Of a DNA stretch of 64,000 nucleotides, positions 30,044 to 45,048 are shown piece by piece. Under the pieces are notes generated by a model. That model saw only the letters and a program-made list of their open reading frames with translations. It ran no database searches and had not been told where the DNA came from. The translations under genes and the position numbers were made by a program. The stretch is taken from assembly GCA_964016885.1 (NCBI GenBank), contig OZ024759.1, positions 7,564,001-7,628,000 on the forward strand. The letters run 5' to 3'. This DNA comes from Eledone cirrhosa. Lineage: Eukaryota. Every line of letters begins with the position of its first letter. Positions within the stretch are counted from its first letter, which is position 1.

Positions 30044-33000
30044 ATATGTTTCTTTGTTAGCCACAGGGGCACAAAAGAAGGGGACAAATACAAAGGGGGA
30101 AGTTTACATACAATAAAAACGTGTATCACAAATGTAATTTAAAAATCAATCGATTTTCCCCAATAGGGGGAGACAGTTCATTTGGGTAACACATACCCCC
30201 GAAAAAATGTGCAACCCTCATCTCCAGGAGTACGAAGAGTGAGTACCCCTTTCCTCTTTTCCTCTTTTTCGTCAACCTACAGGCTTATATAGAGAGAAGG
30301 CCCAACCACTCGGGCCATCTTTGCCACATTCACCCACCTTTCATAAAATTTGCTGGGGTACAGCACCTTTTTCTCCATCGTGATTCTTCTTCCAAAATGA
30401 TATTTGAAAAAACGAATCAGTTGTTGGCCGGAGAGAAAGGTGTCTGACCTCAGCCCTTTTAACCTCATCCACCATACAACCTCTTTCACCATAGCCATAA
30501 CACATAGGAAAACCACCTCTCCCTGGTTTTTGAAGGAGGGTGGTGGTTTGATCATGACAATGGACTCGGTGGTCAACCGGATTGGTCCCACCCGCGACAA
30601 TAGTCGTTCTACATAGCCCCACAGGTCGGTAACGCCCGGGCAGTGTATGAATGCGTGCGCGACGGTTTCCTCATCTCGCACGCATCTCGGACAGATCTTT
30701 TTCGACGGGTCCCTCCCCGGGCGCCCATGTCTGTAGAGCTTGTCTCGAACTGGTAGAGCTCCTCCATAGCACTGCCAGGCCAGGGACTTTTGGAAGTTGT
30801 CCATTGGTCCCAGTCGGAAGGTCCTACCGAACAGACTGGCCAGTTCGTCTTCCTCTACGCCTAGAGTTTCTCCGAGTGCGTCGTCGCACTTGCTGCGGAT
30901 TAACCTTCTATAGAATGACGAAGTGGAGTCTCCACTGATTGCCAGGTCCGCCTGCCAGAGGGCTGTGAGCGCCTGAGCACATTCGATGTGCCAGTCGCCC
31001 ATTTTCCTCAGTCTTTGCTTGACCCAGGACTGCAGCTCGGTCAGCGAGACGAGTCGTGGGAAAGCTCGCCTCACGAACGGGGCCCACACCGGTTGTCCGG
31101 TGAGGAATACGTAGAGATGCCGCAGCCTGAGCGCGTGTTTGCGCATCGTCAGCCACGGCATCCCCAGCCCTCCGTTGGAAGGGTGTTGGCAGCAGATGGA
31201 TCTTCTCACCAAAGGAGCCCGCCTCCTCCAAAGGAATTGGAAGAGCGCGCGCCCCATTTTGGTGAGCGGATCGGCTGGACAAGGCACGACAGTCAAGCAG
31301 TAGTAGATGGCGGACGCTATAAAAGTTTGCCACCTCCGCTCGACCTTTCAAGGATAGTTTGCACTCAGCCAACTTCTGGGTGAGTGCAAACACCTTGGCT
31401 GACACCTCGTTCCAGTTCTTCTCCACCTGGAGGTCCGGACCAAACCAGACCCCGAGCAGCTTTACCGGTCCTTACGTCCAGCTTCCGACGACGCCATCGG
31501 AAGGCATCGGTCTGCCTCTCCACGATCCGAGTTGCAAACCGATGGACTCGTCTCGGTTCAGCTTCGCTCCTGTGAACCTTTCGTATTCCTTCGGTAAGGT
31601 GCCGACTTCCTCGATTTGCGAGGAATTCGACACCATTACTGTCACGTCGTTGGCGTAGGCCGACGCCGCTTTCCGCAGTCCCGGTTCCAGAGGGTTGCCC
31701 TGCAATGGCTTGAGAGTCAGTACGTACAGAAGGGAGGAGAGAGGGCATCCCTGTCGGATGGATCGCATGTTATGGAACGGCTCCGAGAGGTAGCCGTTCA
31801 CCTTGATGCTTGAACAGATGTTGCTGTTGTGCATTGCAGCAATCCAGCCCCTGAACACGGATCCAAAGTGTGCCACCTCGAGCACCGCATCTAGGTAATG
31901 ATGGTCAACCCTATCGAAAGTCTTAGACTGATCCAAGTTGATCAGGGCCCCACCGAAGCCGAGTTTACACCCTACCCTCTCTATGATGTATCGCATGAGG
32001 TGGAGGTTGTCGTGTATGGACCTGGTTGGGATTGTGCATGTCTGTGTTTCTCCCACCAGGTTCTCGACGACAAGCGCCAGTCTCTTTGCCAACACCTTGG
32101 CCAAAATCTGTAACTCTGTGTTTAGCAGAGTTATGGGCCGGAAGTTGGCTATGTCATCCCCCTTATTCTCGTCCTGCCTGACTAGTGTGACTACGCCCCC
32201 GGTCAGAGAGCTGGGAATTCTCCCGTTCTGTTGCCAGTTGCAGTAGACCGCTTCCAGGAGACCGGAGAATAAGTCCAGCATTGCTACGTAAAATTCGTAG
32301 GGTAGACCGTCGAGACCTGGAGATTTGCGTTTGCCGCATTGGCTTAGCGCGTCCCCTATCTCAGCGGCCGAAATCGGCTTTTCGCAGAACTTCGCCTCGC
32401 TGTCCGAGAGTCGCGGTAAGCCGTCGAGGTATGGACTGAAATCCATAGCCCCTCCCGGCGCGCCGCCCTGCCCGAACAGTTGAGAAAAGTGCCGCTGAAA
32501 GGCCGCACACATCTGCTTCGGCTCACGTATCACGCGTCCGTCTTGGTCCTTCAAAGACCCAATTGTGGACTTGTTGCCACTTTTTGCCTCCGTCACTCGG
32601 GCCCAGCTAACAGCTTTGGCTCCCTCGTTTCCCAGAGCATATATTTTGCTTCTGACAACGCAGCCCTCGTGCGTTGCATCGAAGAACTGGTCCAAGGCCG
32701 TTCTCGTTGTTAGCACGCTGGCTACATTGCCACTTCTAATTGCCTCTTCTACTTTATCTACCAGTTCCTTCTCGGTCCTATTTCTATCTAACGCTAATTT
32801 TTTACTAAAAACTAACGAGTCTAATCTAACTGCCCTCTTGAGAGAGTACCACCATCTGTTGTTGACAATGGCAAGTGCTGTTTAACTAAAGTGCTAATCC
32901 GTCTACTGTAGGCTTTGCATCTCGGTAATGACAAGTTCAGCTTCCAGTAGCCGGGTCCTTGTCTCTGGGTTCTATCAAGGTTAACCATTCAGGTCACTAG

Positions 33001-34371
33001 TTTGTGATCTGAATAGGCAACCATGAACATTTGTGGACATCCTTATTTCTAACTAGAACCCTATCTAGGTACGATCTAGATGTTCTGCTGCGATTAGTCC
33101 ACGTCCACAGTGGTACAGTCGGAAAATCTAGTCGATATCCATCGGCCAGGTCAAATTGTTTGAGGCTGTTACACCCCCTTTATCGGGACATGCTCCCACA
33201 TAGTCCCAACGTGCATCTAGGATTCCATTCCAGTCCCCCATTAAAAGCAAGGAGCGGGACGTTCTCAGAAAAGTCTCTAGACGTTTGAAGAAGTCTGGCC
33301 ACGGTGTCCCGGATGGGGCATATGCGGCCACCAGCCTGAAGGCCCCACCTTCACTACTGTCAATGTCTAGGACCACCAGTCGACCCTCCGGGTCCAGATG
33401 TACCGTCTGTGTTACGAGGCCCAGGTGTTTCCGCAGCAAAACGGCAAGCCGCCTCCACCCCACCCCCACCCCCGGCTGACAGAGAGATGCGTAGATCTCA
33501 AAGTCATCGAAGATGGGGGCCAGCTGTCGCTCGCTGTGGATCCTGGACTCGCAAATGGTTACTATATCCATACTGTGCGATCTGAGGTCGTTTAAGAGTT
33601 TGCCCTGTTTCCAGGGCATCCCCAGGCCGCGTACATGCACACACCCAACTCTTATATTGGCCATGTTGGTTCTGAAAAGTTAAAAGAAGAGGAGAAGAAA
33701 ACGTTCACCTCTTCGTCTCCCGGGGATCAGACCGCACGATTTCCATGGGGGTGTTAGAGGGTTTGTCTGGGTGGGTGGTGGGGAGGGGTGTCTGATGGGG
33801 TGGGGGTGTCTGGGGTGAGGGTGGGGAAACTTTTTAAAAGGACGCGGTTAATGGATTTAACACAAGATACTACCCACGTCCTTAGGAAAGTTTTCCTTTA
33901 AAGACTTATAGGGACCCTAATCATTTTTTAATTAGGTTTGTCTACACAGTTCGAAAAAGTTTTTCCTCCAAAAGATGACCTCCATTAAAGTTTTGTTTTT
34001 ACTGTTTATGTATGTGTAATGTTCTTGTTGTGTTGTGGTGGTTTTTGTCTGTTGTTCTTGTGGGAGCTTTCGTTTTGTTGTAGGTGTTTGTGTTTGGAGT
34101 GATGTCGTGGTTTTGTTTTCGGGACGGGGGGGGGGGGGGGGTTGTAATGTTTGTGTTGTTTGTGTTGGTGGTTGTATGTTTGTTGTGATGTTTGTCACTT
34201 GGTGATGATGAGGGGGCCTCGTCCGTTGTGGTGTCTGTTATATTTGGAAGGGGTATGTTTTGGGGAGCTGTTGTGTTTGTGGGTGTTTTTGCAGTGGTTT
34301 TAGGTGGAGTGGGGTTGGGTTGGACTGTGCTTGCAGGTTGGTTTGTTGTTCTTGCTTTGGTTATGTTTGCG

Positions 34372-34424
<53 letters not shown>

Positions 34425-34728
34425 TTGCTGCTGCTGTTGTTGTTGTTGTTGTGGTGGTGGTGGTGGTGGTGGTGGTTGTGTTGTTGTTTTGTGTTGGCAG
34501 TAGTGCCTTTTTTTTTTTGTAGTTAACTGAGGACAGTAAGCCTTCAGGTGACCACTGCTTAAACAGTGGTAACATGAAGGCCGCCTACCCTCAACAGAAA
34601 TGTTTATGTGTGAAATTCCATCCAGAGGCACACGTTGGGGTATTTTAGCTATCCGTTCTGGCCTCATTTGGACCATTGAATGTGCCTCTGGAGGACTTTC
34701 CCACCGAAATGATGGTGTCTTCGTCCAG
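30044..34728 (-). mobile_element. L1/Tx1-like LINE, 5'-truncated within ORF1, decayed
   Basis: ORF1 remnant with CCHC knuckle (CYHCLSSGHLKAYC). ORF2 from 33664: APE (GDWN, SDHK), RT (SPGLDGLP, FRPITLLN, RQGCPLS, YAND), C-terminal CPRC..ETVAHAFIHC. Frameshifted. Confidence 0.9.
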
Positions 34729-34748
34729 ACAGACAGACATGTAGATAG

Positions 34749-37700
34749 ATATCTTTCTTCTATCTGCCACAGGGGTGTACAAAAATGGGACATTACAAGA
34801 CGTGACGGCAGGGGTTTTACATAAAAATAACTTTAACATATATAAATAACAATAAACTATATATAATAAAATAACAATTGAAATCCCCAATAGGGGGAGA
34901 ACGTTACTACAGGGTTGTTTTACACCCGTGGATAGAACAACCCTCAACACCAGGAACACGTTTTGTAGGTGTTCCTGTCTTCCCTCTGTTTATCTTCCTC
35001 AACCTACAGGTTTATATAGAGAAGGCCCATTCACTCGGGCCATTTTTGCCACATTGACCCACCTTTCAGCGAATTTACTGAGGTGTAGCACCTCTCTCTC
35101 CACTCTCACCTTCCTTCTGAAGTGGTACTTAAAGAAGGGGATGAGTTGTCCGGAGAGAAAGGTACTTGCCCTCAGTCCTTTTAACCTCGTCCACCATATT
35201 ACCTCTTTCGCCATAGCCACCAGACAGAGGAAGACCGCCTCTCCTTCACTCTTAAATGAAGGCGGTGGGGTGATCCTCACGATGGACTCGGCTGACAACT
35301 GGATGCGTCCCACACGTGACAGTAGCTGTTCGACATAATTCCACAGGTCGGCCACCCCTGGGCACTGAACAACTGCGTGCAGAACGGTTTCGATGTCCTG
35401 CTCGCATCTTGGACAGGTCCCTTTGGCAGGATCTCTGCCAGGGCGTCCGTGCCTGTAGATTTTGTCTCGAACTGGTAGAGCTCCTTGGTAGCACTGCCAG
35501 GCCAGAGACCTCTGGAAGTTGTCCATAGGCCCTGGGCGGAAAGTCCTCCCGAACAGACTGGTCAGTTCGTCCTCCTCGATGCCTAGAGTTTCCCCGAGAA
35601 CGTCGTGGCACTTATCCTCCACTAATCCCTTATAGAATGTTGAAGTGGACTCTCTGCTAAGTGCCGTTTCCGCTTGGTAGAGGGCTGTGAGCGCCTGTAG
35701 GCACTCGAGGTGCCAGGCACCCATTTTCGGTCTTCACTTGACCCAGGACTGCAGCTTTGTTAGTGAGACGAGTTGTGGAAGAGCTTGTCTCACAAACGGC
35801 AGCCACACCGGTTCACCGGTCAAGAATACCTGGAGATGGCGTAGCCTCAGCGCATGTTTGCGCATCATTAGCCACGGCATGCCCAGCCCTCCATTAGAAG
35901 GGTGTTGACAGCAGATGGATCTCCTCACCAATGGAGCCTGTTTCTTCCAGAGGAACTTGAAGAGTAGGCGTTCCATTTTGGTAAGGTATTCATGGGGGCA
36001 AGGCACAACTGTCAAGCGGTAGTAGATGACAGACGCCATGTAAGTGTTCGCCACCTCCGCTCGTCCTTTCAAGGAGAGTTTGCACTCAGCCCACTTCTGG
36101 GTGAGTGCAAACACCTTCGCCGTGACCCCCATTCCAGTTCGTGTCCACCTGGAGGTCTGGACCGAACCAGACCCCGAGCAATTTCACCGGTCCTTCCGTC
36201 TAGTGTCCAACAACACCGTCGGAAGGCATGGGTTTGCCTCTCCATGTGCAGAGCTGCAAACCGACAGACTTGTTTGGGTTTAGTCTTGCTCCTGTCAACG
36301 TTTCTTATTCCTGTAATAGGTTGCCAAAATTCCCCGATTTCCGAGGTTTTCGACACCATTACGGTAATGTCGTCGGCATAAGCTGACGCTGCTTTCCGCA
36401 GTCCTGGTTCGATCGGGATGCCGTGCAACAGCTCCAACTTCCCCAGTAACGGCTCGAGAGTCAGTACATACAGAATGGTGGAGAGAGGGCATCGCTGACG
36501 GATGGAACGCATGATTTGGAATGGCTCTGATAGGTAGCCATTCACCTTGACTGCCGAGCAGATGCTGGTGTGCATGGCAGCGATCCAGCCTCTGAAGACG
36601 GGACCGAAGCCGGCCGCCTTGAGAACTGATTCCAAGTATTGATGGTCGATCCTGCCTTAGACTGATCTAAATTGATCAGAGCCCCACCAAAGCCAGGTTT
36701 ACACCCTACCCTCTCTATGATGTATTGCATGGGGTGGAGGTTGTCGTGTATGGACCTGGTCGGGATTGCACACGTTTGGGCTTCCCCTACCAGGTTCTCG
36801 ATGACAAGCGCCAGCCTTGCTGCTAATACCTTGGCCAAAATCTTTAACTCTGTGTTGAGCAGTGTTATGGGCTTGAAATTGCTTATCTCATCCTCCTTGT
36901 TCTCATCTTTCCTGATCAGCGTTACTACGCCTCTGCCTGTAGAATTAAGAATCCTCCCGTTCTGCTGCCAGTTGCAGTAGACCGCTTCGAGGACGCCAGA
37001 GAACAAGTCTGGCATGTCTATGTAAAACCCATAGGGTAGACCATCTAAACCAGGTGATTTGCGTTTCCCGCAGCGGACTAGGGGCATCTTCTATTTCGCC
37101 CGCTGTGATCGGCCTTTTGCAACTCTCCGCATCCGTGCTCGAGAGTCGCGGTACGCCATCGAGGTAGGAGCTGAAGTCCATCACCTCGCTCGATGTACCG
37201 TTTTGCCCGAACAGTTGTGCCAAATGCTGCTGGAAGGCCGTGGACACCTGATTGGATTCAAGTATAATGCGGCAATCTTTGTCTTGCAAAGACCGAATTG
37301 TGGATTTGTTGCCACTTTTCGCCTCTGCCACTCGGGCCCAGCTAACAGCTTTGGCTCCCTCGTTTCTTAGAGCACGTGTTCTACTTCTGACAATACAACC
37401 TTCGTGTTTCACGTTGAAGAACTGGTCTAGTACCGTTCTCGCCGCTAGCACGTCAGCTGTACTGCCATTCCTAAGTGCCTCTTCTACTTTAGCTACCAGT
37501 TCCTTTTCAGTTTTGTTTTTTTCTAAAGCTACTTCCTTACTAAATGCTATCGATCTATTCTAATTGCTCTCTTGAGAGTGCTCCACCACCTGTTGTTGAC
37601 GATCACCCCCATCAACTGGCACTTAACTAAGGTGCTAATCCGTTTACTGTAGGCCTTACGCGCCAGGAGTGACATGTTTAGCTTCCAGTATCTGGGTCCC

Positions 37701-38183
37701 TGTCTATGTGTTCTATCAAGGTTGACTACGCAGGTGACTAATTTGTGGTCTGAATAGGCAACCATGTGGATTTGTGGACAGTTTAATGTTTCCTTATCAT
37801 TCTGTCTAATTAAAATTCTATCTAAATACGATCTAGAAGACCCAGTGCAGTTGCTCCATGTCCACAGTAGTGCACTTGGGAAGTCTAGTCGATATCTAAC
37901 AGCCAGTTGGAATTGGCTGATGAGATTTTTGAGGCTATTACACCCCCCCTCTATTATCACAAGCTCCTACATAGTCCCAACATGCGTCTAAGATGCCATT
38001 CCAGTCCCCCACTAACACTAAGGAGAGAGACGTTCCCAGGAATGGCTTCAGACGCTTGAAGAACTCTAGTCGCGATGTCCCAGTCGGGGCATATACGGCC
38101 ACCAGTCTGAAAGCTCCACCTTCACTACCATTCATGTCCAGGACCACCAGGCTGCCCTCCGGGTCCAAGTGAATCGTCTGTAT
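34749..38183 (-). mobile_element. Second L1/Tx1-like copy (ORF2, truncated in APE)
   Basis: Colinear paralogue of 30044-33410 with YADDIT and CPRC..ETVLHAVVQC motifs. Confidence 0.9.
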
Positions 38184-38189
38184 TTTGAG

Positions 38190-38217
38190 ATAGATAGACA
38201 GACAGAGTCAGATAATC

Positions 38218-38266
<49 letters not shown>

Positions 38267-38267
38267 T

Positions 38268-38298
<31 letters not shown>

Positions 38299-38357
38299 TA
38301 TAGACAGACAGACATATAGACAGACAGACATATAGACAGACAGACAGACATATAGAT
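38190..38357. repeat. (AGAC)n/(AGAT)n microsatellite
   Basis: Direct reading. Confidence 0.92.
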
Positions 38358-38475
38358 ATATTTCTTTATTAGCCACATAGATAGACATTCTGTAATCAAT
38401 CCTGATGTCCTGCTGTGATAATGGAGGTAAAACTATAAAAGGAAGGAAGACAAACAAGAAGCGACACATATATAG

Positions 38476-40682
38476 ACATCCACACATCCACACACATCCA
38501 CACATCCACACATCCACACACATCCACACACATCCACACACATCCACACACCAAACACACATCCACACACCAAACACACATCCACACACATCCACACACC
38601 AAACACACACATCCACACACATCCACACACCAAACACACATCCACACACATCCACACACCAAACACACATCCACACACATCCACACACCAAACACACACA
38701 TCCACACACCAAACACACACATCCACACACCAAACACACATCCACACACATCCACACACATCCACACACCAAACACACATCCACACACATCCACACACCA
38801 AACACACACATCCACACACCAAACACACATCCACACACATCCACACACCAAACACACACATCCACACACCAAACACACATCCACACACATCCACACACCA
38901 AACACACACATCCACACACCAAACACACATCCACACACCAAACACACACATCCACACACCAAACACACATCCACACACATCCACACACCAAACACACACA
39001 TCCACACACATCCACACACACCCACACACCAAACACACATCCACACACATCCACACACCAAACACACATCCACACACATCCACACACCAAACACACATCC
39101 ACACACCAAACACACACCAAACACACACCAAACACACATCCACACACATCCACACACCAAACACACACATCCACACACCAAACACACACCAAACACACAT
39201 CCACACACATCCACACACCAAACACACATCCACACACATCCACACACCAAACACACATCCACACACCAAACACACACCAAACACACATCCACACACATCC
39301 ACACACCAAACACACACATCCACACACCAAACACACACCAAACACACATCCACACACATCCACACACCAAACACACACATTCACACACCAAACACACACC
39401 AAACACACATCCACACACATCCACACACCAAACACACACATCCACACACCAAACACACACCAAACACACATCCACACACATCCACACACCAAACACACAT
39501 CCACACACCAAGCACACACCCCCACACATCCACACACCAAACACACACATCCACACACCAAACACACATCCACACATCCACACACATCCACACACCAAAC
39601 ACACATCCACACACATCCACACACCAAACACACACATCCACACACCAAACACACATCCACACACATCCACACACATCCACACACCAAACACACACATCCA
39701 CACACCAAACACACATCCACACACATCCACACACCAAACACACACGTCCACACACATCCACACACCAAACACACATCCACACACATCCACACACCAAACA
39801 CACACATCCACACACCAAACACACATCCACACACATCCACACACCAAACACACATCCACACACCAAACACACATCCACACACATCCACACACATCCACAC
39901 CCCAAACACACACATCCACACACCAAACACACATCCACACACCAAACACACATCCACACACCAAACACACATCCACACACATCCACACACCAAACACACA
40001 CATCCACACACCAAACACACACATCCACACACCAAACACACATCCACACACATCCACACACATCCACACACCAAACACACATCCACACACCAAACACACA
40101 CATCCACACACCAAACACACACATCCACACACCAAACACACATCCACACACATCCACACACCAAACACACACATCCACACACCAAACACACATCCACACA
40201 CATCCACACACCAAACACACACATCCACACACCAAACACACATCCACACACCAAACACACACATCCACACACCAAACACACATCCACACACCAAACACAC
40301 ACATCCACATACCAAACACACATCCACACACCAAACACACACATCCACACACCAAACACACACCAAACACACATCCACACACATCCACACACCAAACACA
40401 CACATCCACACACCAAACACACATCCACACACCAAACACACACATCCACACACCAAACACACATCCACACACCAAACACACACATCCACACACCAAACAC
40501 ACATCCACACACCAAACACACACATCCACACACCAAACACACATCCACACACCAAACACACACATCCACACACCAAACACACATCCACACACCAAACACA
40601 CACATCCACACACCAAACACACATCCACATACCAAACACACATCCACACACCAAACACACACATCCACATACCAAACACACA
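38476..40682. repeat. CA-rich minisatellite (CACACATC / CACACCAAA subunits)
   Basis: Direct reading; overlapping ORFs are artefacts. Confidence 0.95.
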
Positions 40683-40778
40683 TATATATATATATGTGTA
40701 TATGTGTGTTAATTTATGAGAAATAAACAGCAATTATCTCACATAAATTAACATAAACAAGATATCATGAATATATAT

Positions 40779-43700
40779 ATCATCATCATCATCATCGTTT
40801 AACGTCCATCTTCCACGCTAGCATGGGTTTGGACGGGAGTTTTCTCACTTGAGGCAAGATTGGTTGTCTTGCTCGTGTAGGACTGTCTGGCGGGTTTTCT
40901 ACGGCTGGATGCCCTTCCTAACACCAACCACGTTTACAGTGTGGACTGGGAGGTTTTTACCGTGTTACCTACACGGACTGTGTTTTTTTGTCATGACACC
41001 AACGCGACCTTATTTGTTTCGGACTGGATGCTGTGGTACCAACATAACTTCACATTTAAGGGGGTGGTGTGGATGGGGTGCGGGTAGTGGGGCCAGGGTA
41101 TATTTTGTTAGAGGTGCCTACTGAGTGTAGGTTTCGCTTTGTACTTAGGCAAGGCGGGTCTTCTGTATAACTGTGTATCGCCAAAGATCTCGGTCCAGTG
41201 ACATTGTCTTGGAGAGGTGTAAGTGTGTGAGGTCGGAATTTATCAAGTCGTCCCAGGTTTTTCTGGGTCTGCCTACTCCCTGGCTACCGTCTATTTTTAT
41301 CGCCCTGCACTTTGTTATACAGCTGTCGTCTTTCATGCGCATCACGTGGCCGTACCAACGTAGTCTTCTCTCGAGTAAACAGCATCTGATCCCTCTTATT
41401 CCTAATTTCTCCCTTAGTTTGTTTATGCTTTGCCGTTCACGTATATTACTATTACACATCCAGCGGAGCATGCAAGCTTCGTTCCTCTCCAGTATGCGTA
41501 TATCCTCTGCACACAATGCCCAGGTCTCACTGCCATGCAACATTGCTGTTCGTATGCAGGCATCATACAGCCTGCCTTTCATTTTTAGTGAGAACTCTTT
41601 AGCGGCCAATAGTGATATAAGCTCTCTGAACTTTTTCCATCCCGTTCTGACTCTAGCTACAGTACTTTCAGAGCACCCTCCCCCACTGCTGATTTTGTCA
41701 CCCAGGTAACGGAAGGTGTCCACTATTTCTATAGAACCATCTGTGTAATGGAATGAGCTAGTATTCTGTGGGCACTTGCTGCTACTTATTGCACCAGAGC
41801 ACCGGCCACATATAAAATCTATATTCTTAGTTAGCTTACCTGTGATCCCACTACATCTTTTATGCACCCATACTTTGCATTTGGGACATAAAATGGAGTT
41901 TCTGCCTACTCCTTTTCTACACACTGAGCATGGCCATTTCCCAGATGGGACTGGTGCCCTATTTTCCTTCCTACAAACTAGAACTTTAGTCTTAGACAGG
42001 TTAATTTTAAGGCTTTTGATTCTAGGCCATGCTTCCATATTTGGAATTTCTTCTCTAGTTCGGCCATTGATTCAGCTATGAGCGTTAGATCATCTGCATA
42101 TAGGAGTTCCCATGGGCAGCCAGTCTTGAACTCCTCTGTTATAGCCTGAAGGGCAATAATAAATAGGAGGGGGCTAAGGACGGAGCCCTGATGAACACCA
42201 ACCTTTACGCTAAACTCTTCACTATATTTGTTGTTAATTCTAACCTTGCTGACTGTTTCTTTATACATGGCTTGTATAGCTCTCACAAGCCACTCATCTA
42301 CACCTAGTTTTCTAAGAGCCCACCAGATAATGGAGCGGGAGACTCTGTCAAAGGCTTTCTCCAAGTCAACAAAAGCTAAGTATAGGGGTTTACTTTTAGC
42401 TAGGTACTTCTTCTGTAGTTGTTGTACGATGAAAAGAGCGTCTGTGGTACTTTTACCTGACACAAACCCGAACTGCATTTCATCTAGATCAATTCGCTCT
42501 CTGATTAGTTGCGCTATTACTTTTTCTGTGACCTTCATGACCTGGTCGATTAATTTAATGCCTCTATAGTTACCCCTATCTAGGGCATCTCCTTTACCCT
42601 TGTAGCAGTTAATGATGATGTTGCTACGCCAGTCCTTCGGAACGACCCCATTCTGTATGACTTGGTTTACTATCTGGGTGACCATAGTGTGTCCCACCGT
42701 TCCAGATGCTTTCAGCATTTCAGCAACTGTTTCCGAAGGCCCAGCCGCCTTACCCGTCTTCATATCTTTGATTGCCTTACTTATTATACTACCTTCAACC
42801 AGCACTGCTGGTTCCTCTATTGGATCGATGTGGGGGAGACTGTCTTTCTCCCATTTATTCTCCTCATTTAGTAGCCTTTTGTAGTGACACTTCCAAGTTA
42901 CCTTCTTATCAGCGTCAGTGATGGCAAGTACACCATCATCATTAAGGACACACTTCTCGCCGACAATATCACTGTTTTCCTTGACACATTGCCTAGCAAT
43001 CCTGAACACCTCACGTTTTTGGTCCTCGCGTTGTAGAACATGCTTGAACTTTCTTTCCTCTGCTTCCCTTCTTGCAAAGTACACTTGTCTCCTAGTTTCC
43101 CTCCTGGCCACTTGATAGTCTTCTCTACTTCCCCCATCCCACCATACTTTCCAAGCCTGCTTTTTGGCCTTAATTGACTCCTCCACCTTACTGTTCCACC
43201 ACCACGTTACCCTATAGGCCTGCTCCAACCACAGACATCATCTGCCGCCTTCAGCAGGTTAGCTTTCAGGAATTCCAACTGTTCCTCTATATTGTATGAC
43301 TCTAATTGCTCTTCCTTACTGTCAAAAGCATCAAGTAATATGCTTTTAAATTTATTACTGGCTGTGGGGTCCTTTAGCTTCCATATTTTCTCCTGAGGAT
43401 AGTCCTCTTCTGTTGTCGAGTACGACTTGTCCTGACTACGAGGTCGTTGACTATGAGTCTATGTTGGGAGGTGCATTCTTCATGGAGGAGGGATTTAGTG
43501 TTTACGATAGACACTCTATCACGTCTTCTGGTAAGGATATAATCTATCTGACTGGTGTGTTCCCCTGATCTATAGGTGATCAAGTGATTGTCTCATTTTT
43601 TGAAGTTAGTGTTACAGACAGTTAGGTTATTTGCATAACAGAATTCCAGGATTCTGGTGCCTTCCTCATTTCTAGTACCAAACCCATAGCCTCCATGGAT

Positions 43701-44692
43701 TCCATCATAGCCATCACAATGTTGTCCAACGTGACGATTTTGGTTGCCAGCAATAATTATATAGTCACTGTCGGTTATTTGGGAGGTAGTGAGCATCAAT
43801 GTCTCATAGAATCTGTCTTTTATAATGCCAGGCAGTCCGGATTGGGGTGCATACGCAGATATTACTGTCACAGTAGTTCTATTGAGGACAAGTCTTATTT
43901 TAATTATTCTGTCGTTCACTCTATTTACGTCTATTATCTTATCTACCCATTTTTCTGCTAACATGATTCCTACCCCACCCAGCCCATTTTCATTTCCCAC
44001 CCAGAAAAGCTTATAGCATCGTTTTTTACCCACAATGAGTCTAGCAGACCCACCCCTCCACCTGGTCTCTTGGATACAGCAAACATCAACCTCCTTGCGT
44101 TCAAGCATTTCTGCAACCTCGTTAGAGCGACCTTTTAAGGTGCCTACATTCATGGTACCAACTCTGAAGTTTTGGATTGCGTTTGGTGGGTTGGAACGGT
44201 GGGGCACGGGGAGGGGAGGGGTCTGGGGTTAGGGTTATGTTGGCCATCCGCGGCCGAAACAAAGAGGAGGAGTCCTTGCCCTTTCGTCCGGCAGCATGAG
44301 GTGAATTTGTCTTTATCTTTGGCATTGTCACTGAGTGTCCAGATTTTTTCAGACTCCCCAGAATTTCCTAGTCCATCCATCATATCGAAAGGCAACCGGA
44401 AGAAGTGATAGCATAGGCCGCTGACTTATGATTGGTCGAACTAATAATAATGGTGGTGAGTGGGGGCGGGTGGGAGGGGTATGGGGTAGTTAGCGAGAAG
44501 GTTTAAATAAAATCCTCGAAATTTGGGTATAATTGGACAAGCATATAACAGTAATAAGCGAATAATATTTAGTACAACCTGACAGAATTATAGAATAGCA
44601 TTGAGATGGACCGGGAAATGGAGAGAACGAAAGAAAATAGCATTCTACATTACATTTTCACAGGAGAACGAACAGTGTGACCATTAATAAGA
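40779..44692 (-). mobile_element. Near-full-length RTE family A LINE (5'UTR, APE, RT with PHD insert, 3'UTR, tail), frameshifted
   Basis: GTMNVGTL, CCIQETRW, SAYAPQ, QIDYIL, NYRGIKL, DLEKAFDRV, GVHQGSVLSP, LYADD, FRYLG across ORFs 43593-44207, 43374-43583, 41978-43228 and 41145-42038. The 5' boundary is uncertain (44400-44692). Confidence 0.93.
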
Positions 44693-44717
44693 ATATATAT
44701 ATATATATATATCATAT

Positions 44718-45048
44718 ATCATCATTTTTATGTCCGCTTTTCCCTGCTTGCAAGGGTGGGACGGGAACTGATTCTGGCTTGATTTCTACAGCTGGATGCC
44801 CTTCCTAACACCAACCTCATTTACAGTGAGTGCTGGGTGCTTTTTTGCCATGGCACCTCCACGACCACTTTGAGTGGAATGATAGGGACCCCAGTCCCTA
44901 TCATTTCATTTCTACAGCTGAGTAAACTGGAGCAATGTGAAATAAAGTGTCTTGTTCAAGGAAACAACACATCACCTGGTCTGAGAATTGAACTCACAAC
45001 CTTTCTATTGCAAGCCCAATGCTCTAACCACTAAGCCATGCACCTTCA
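44718..45048 (-). mobile_element. tRNA-derived CORE-type SINE with RTE-B 3' tail
   Basis: Reverse-complement homologue of 53227-53559. Confidence 0.87.

Noticed and set aside
38125-40733. Cys/Val/Trp-rich and His/Thr-rich ORFs of 750-850 aa
   Set aside because: Translations of the CA-rich minisatellite.
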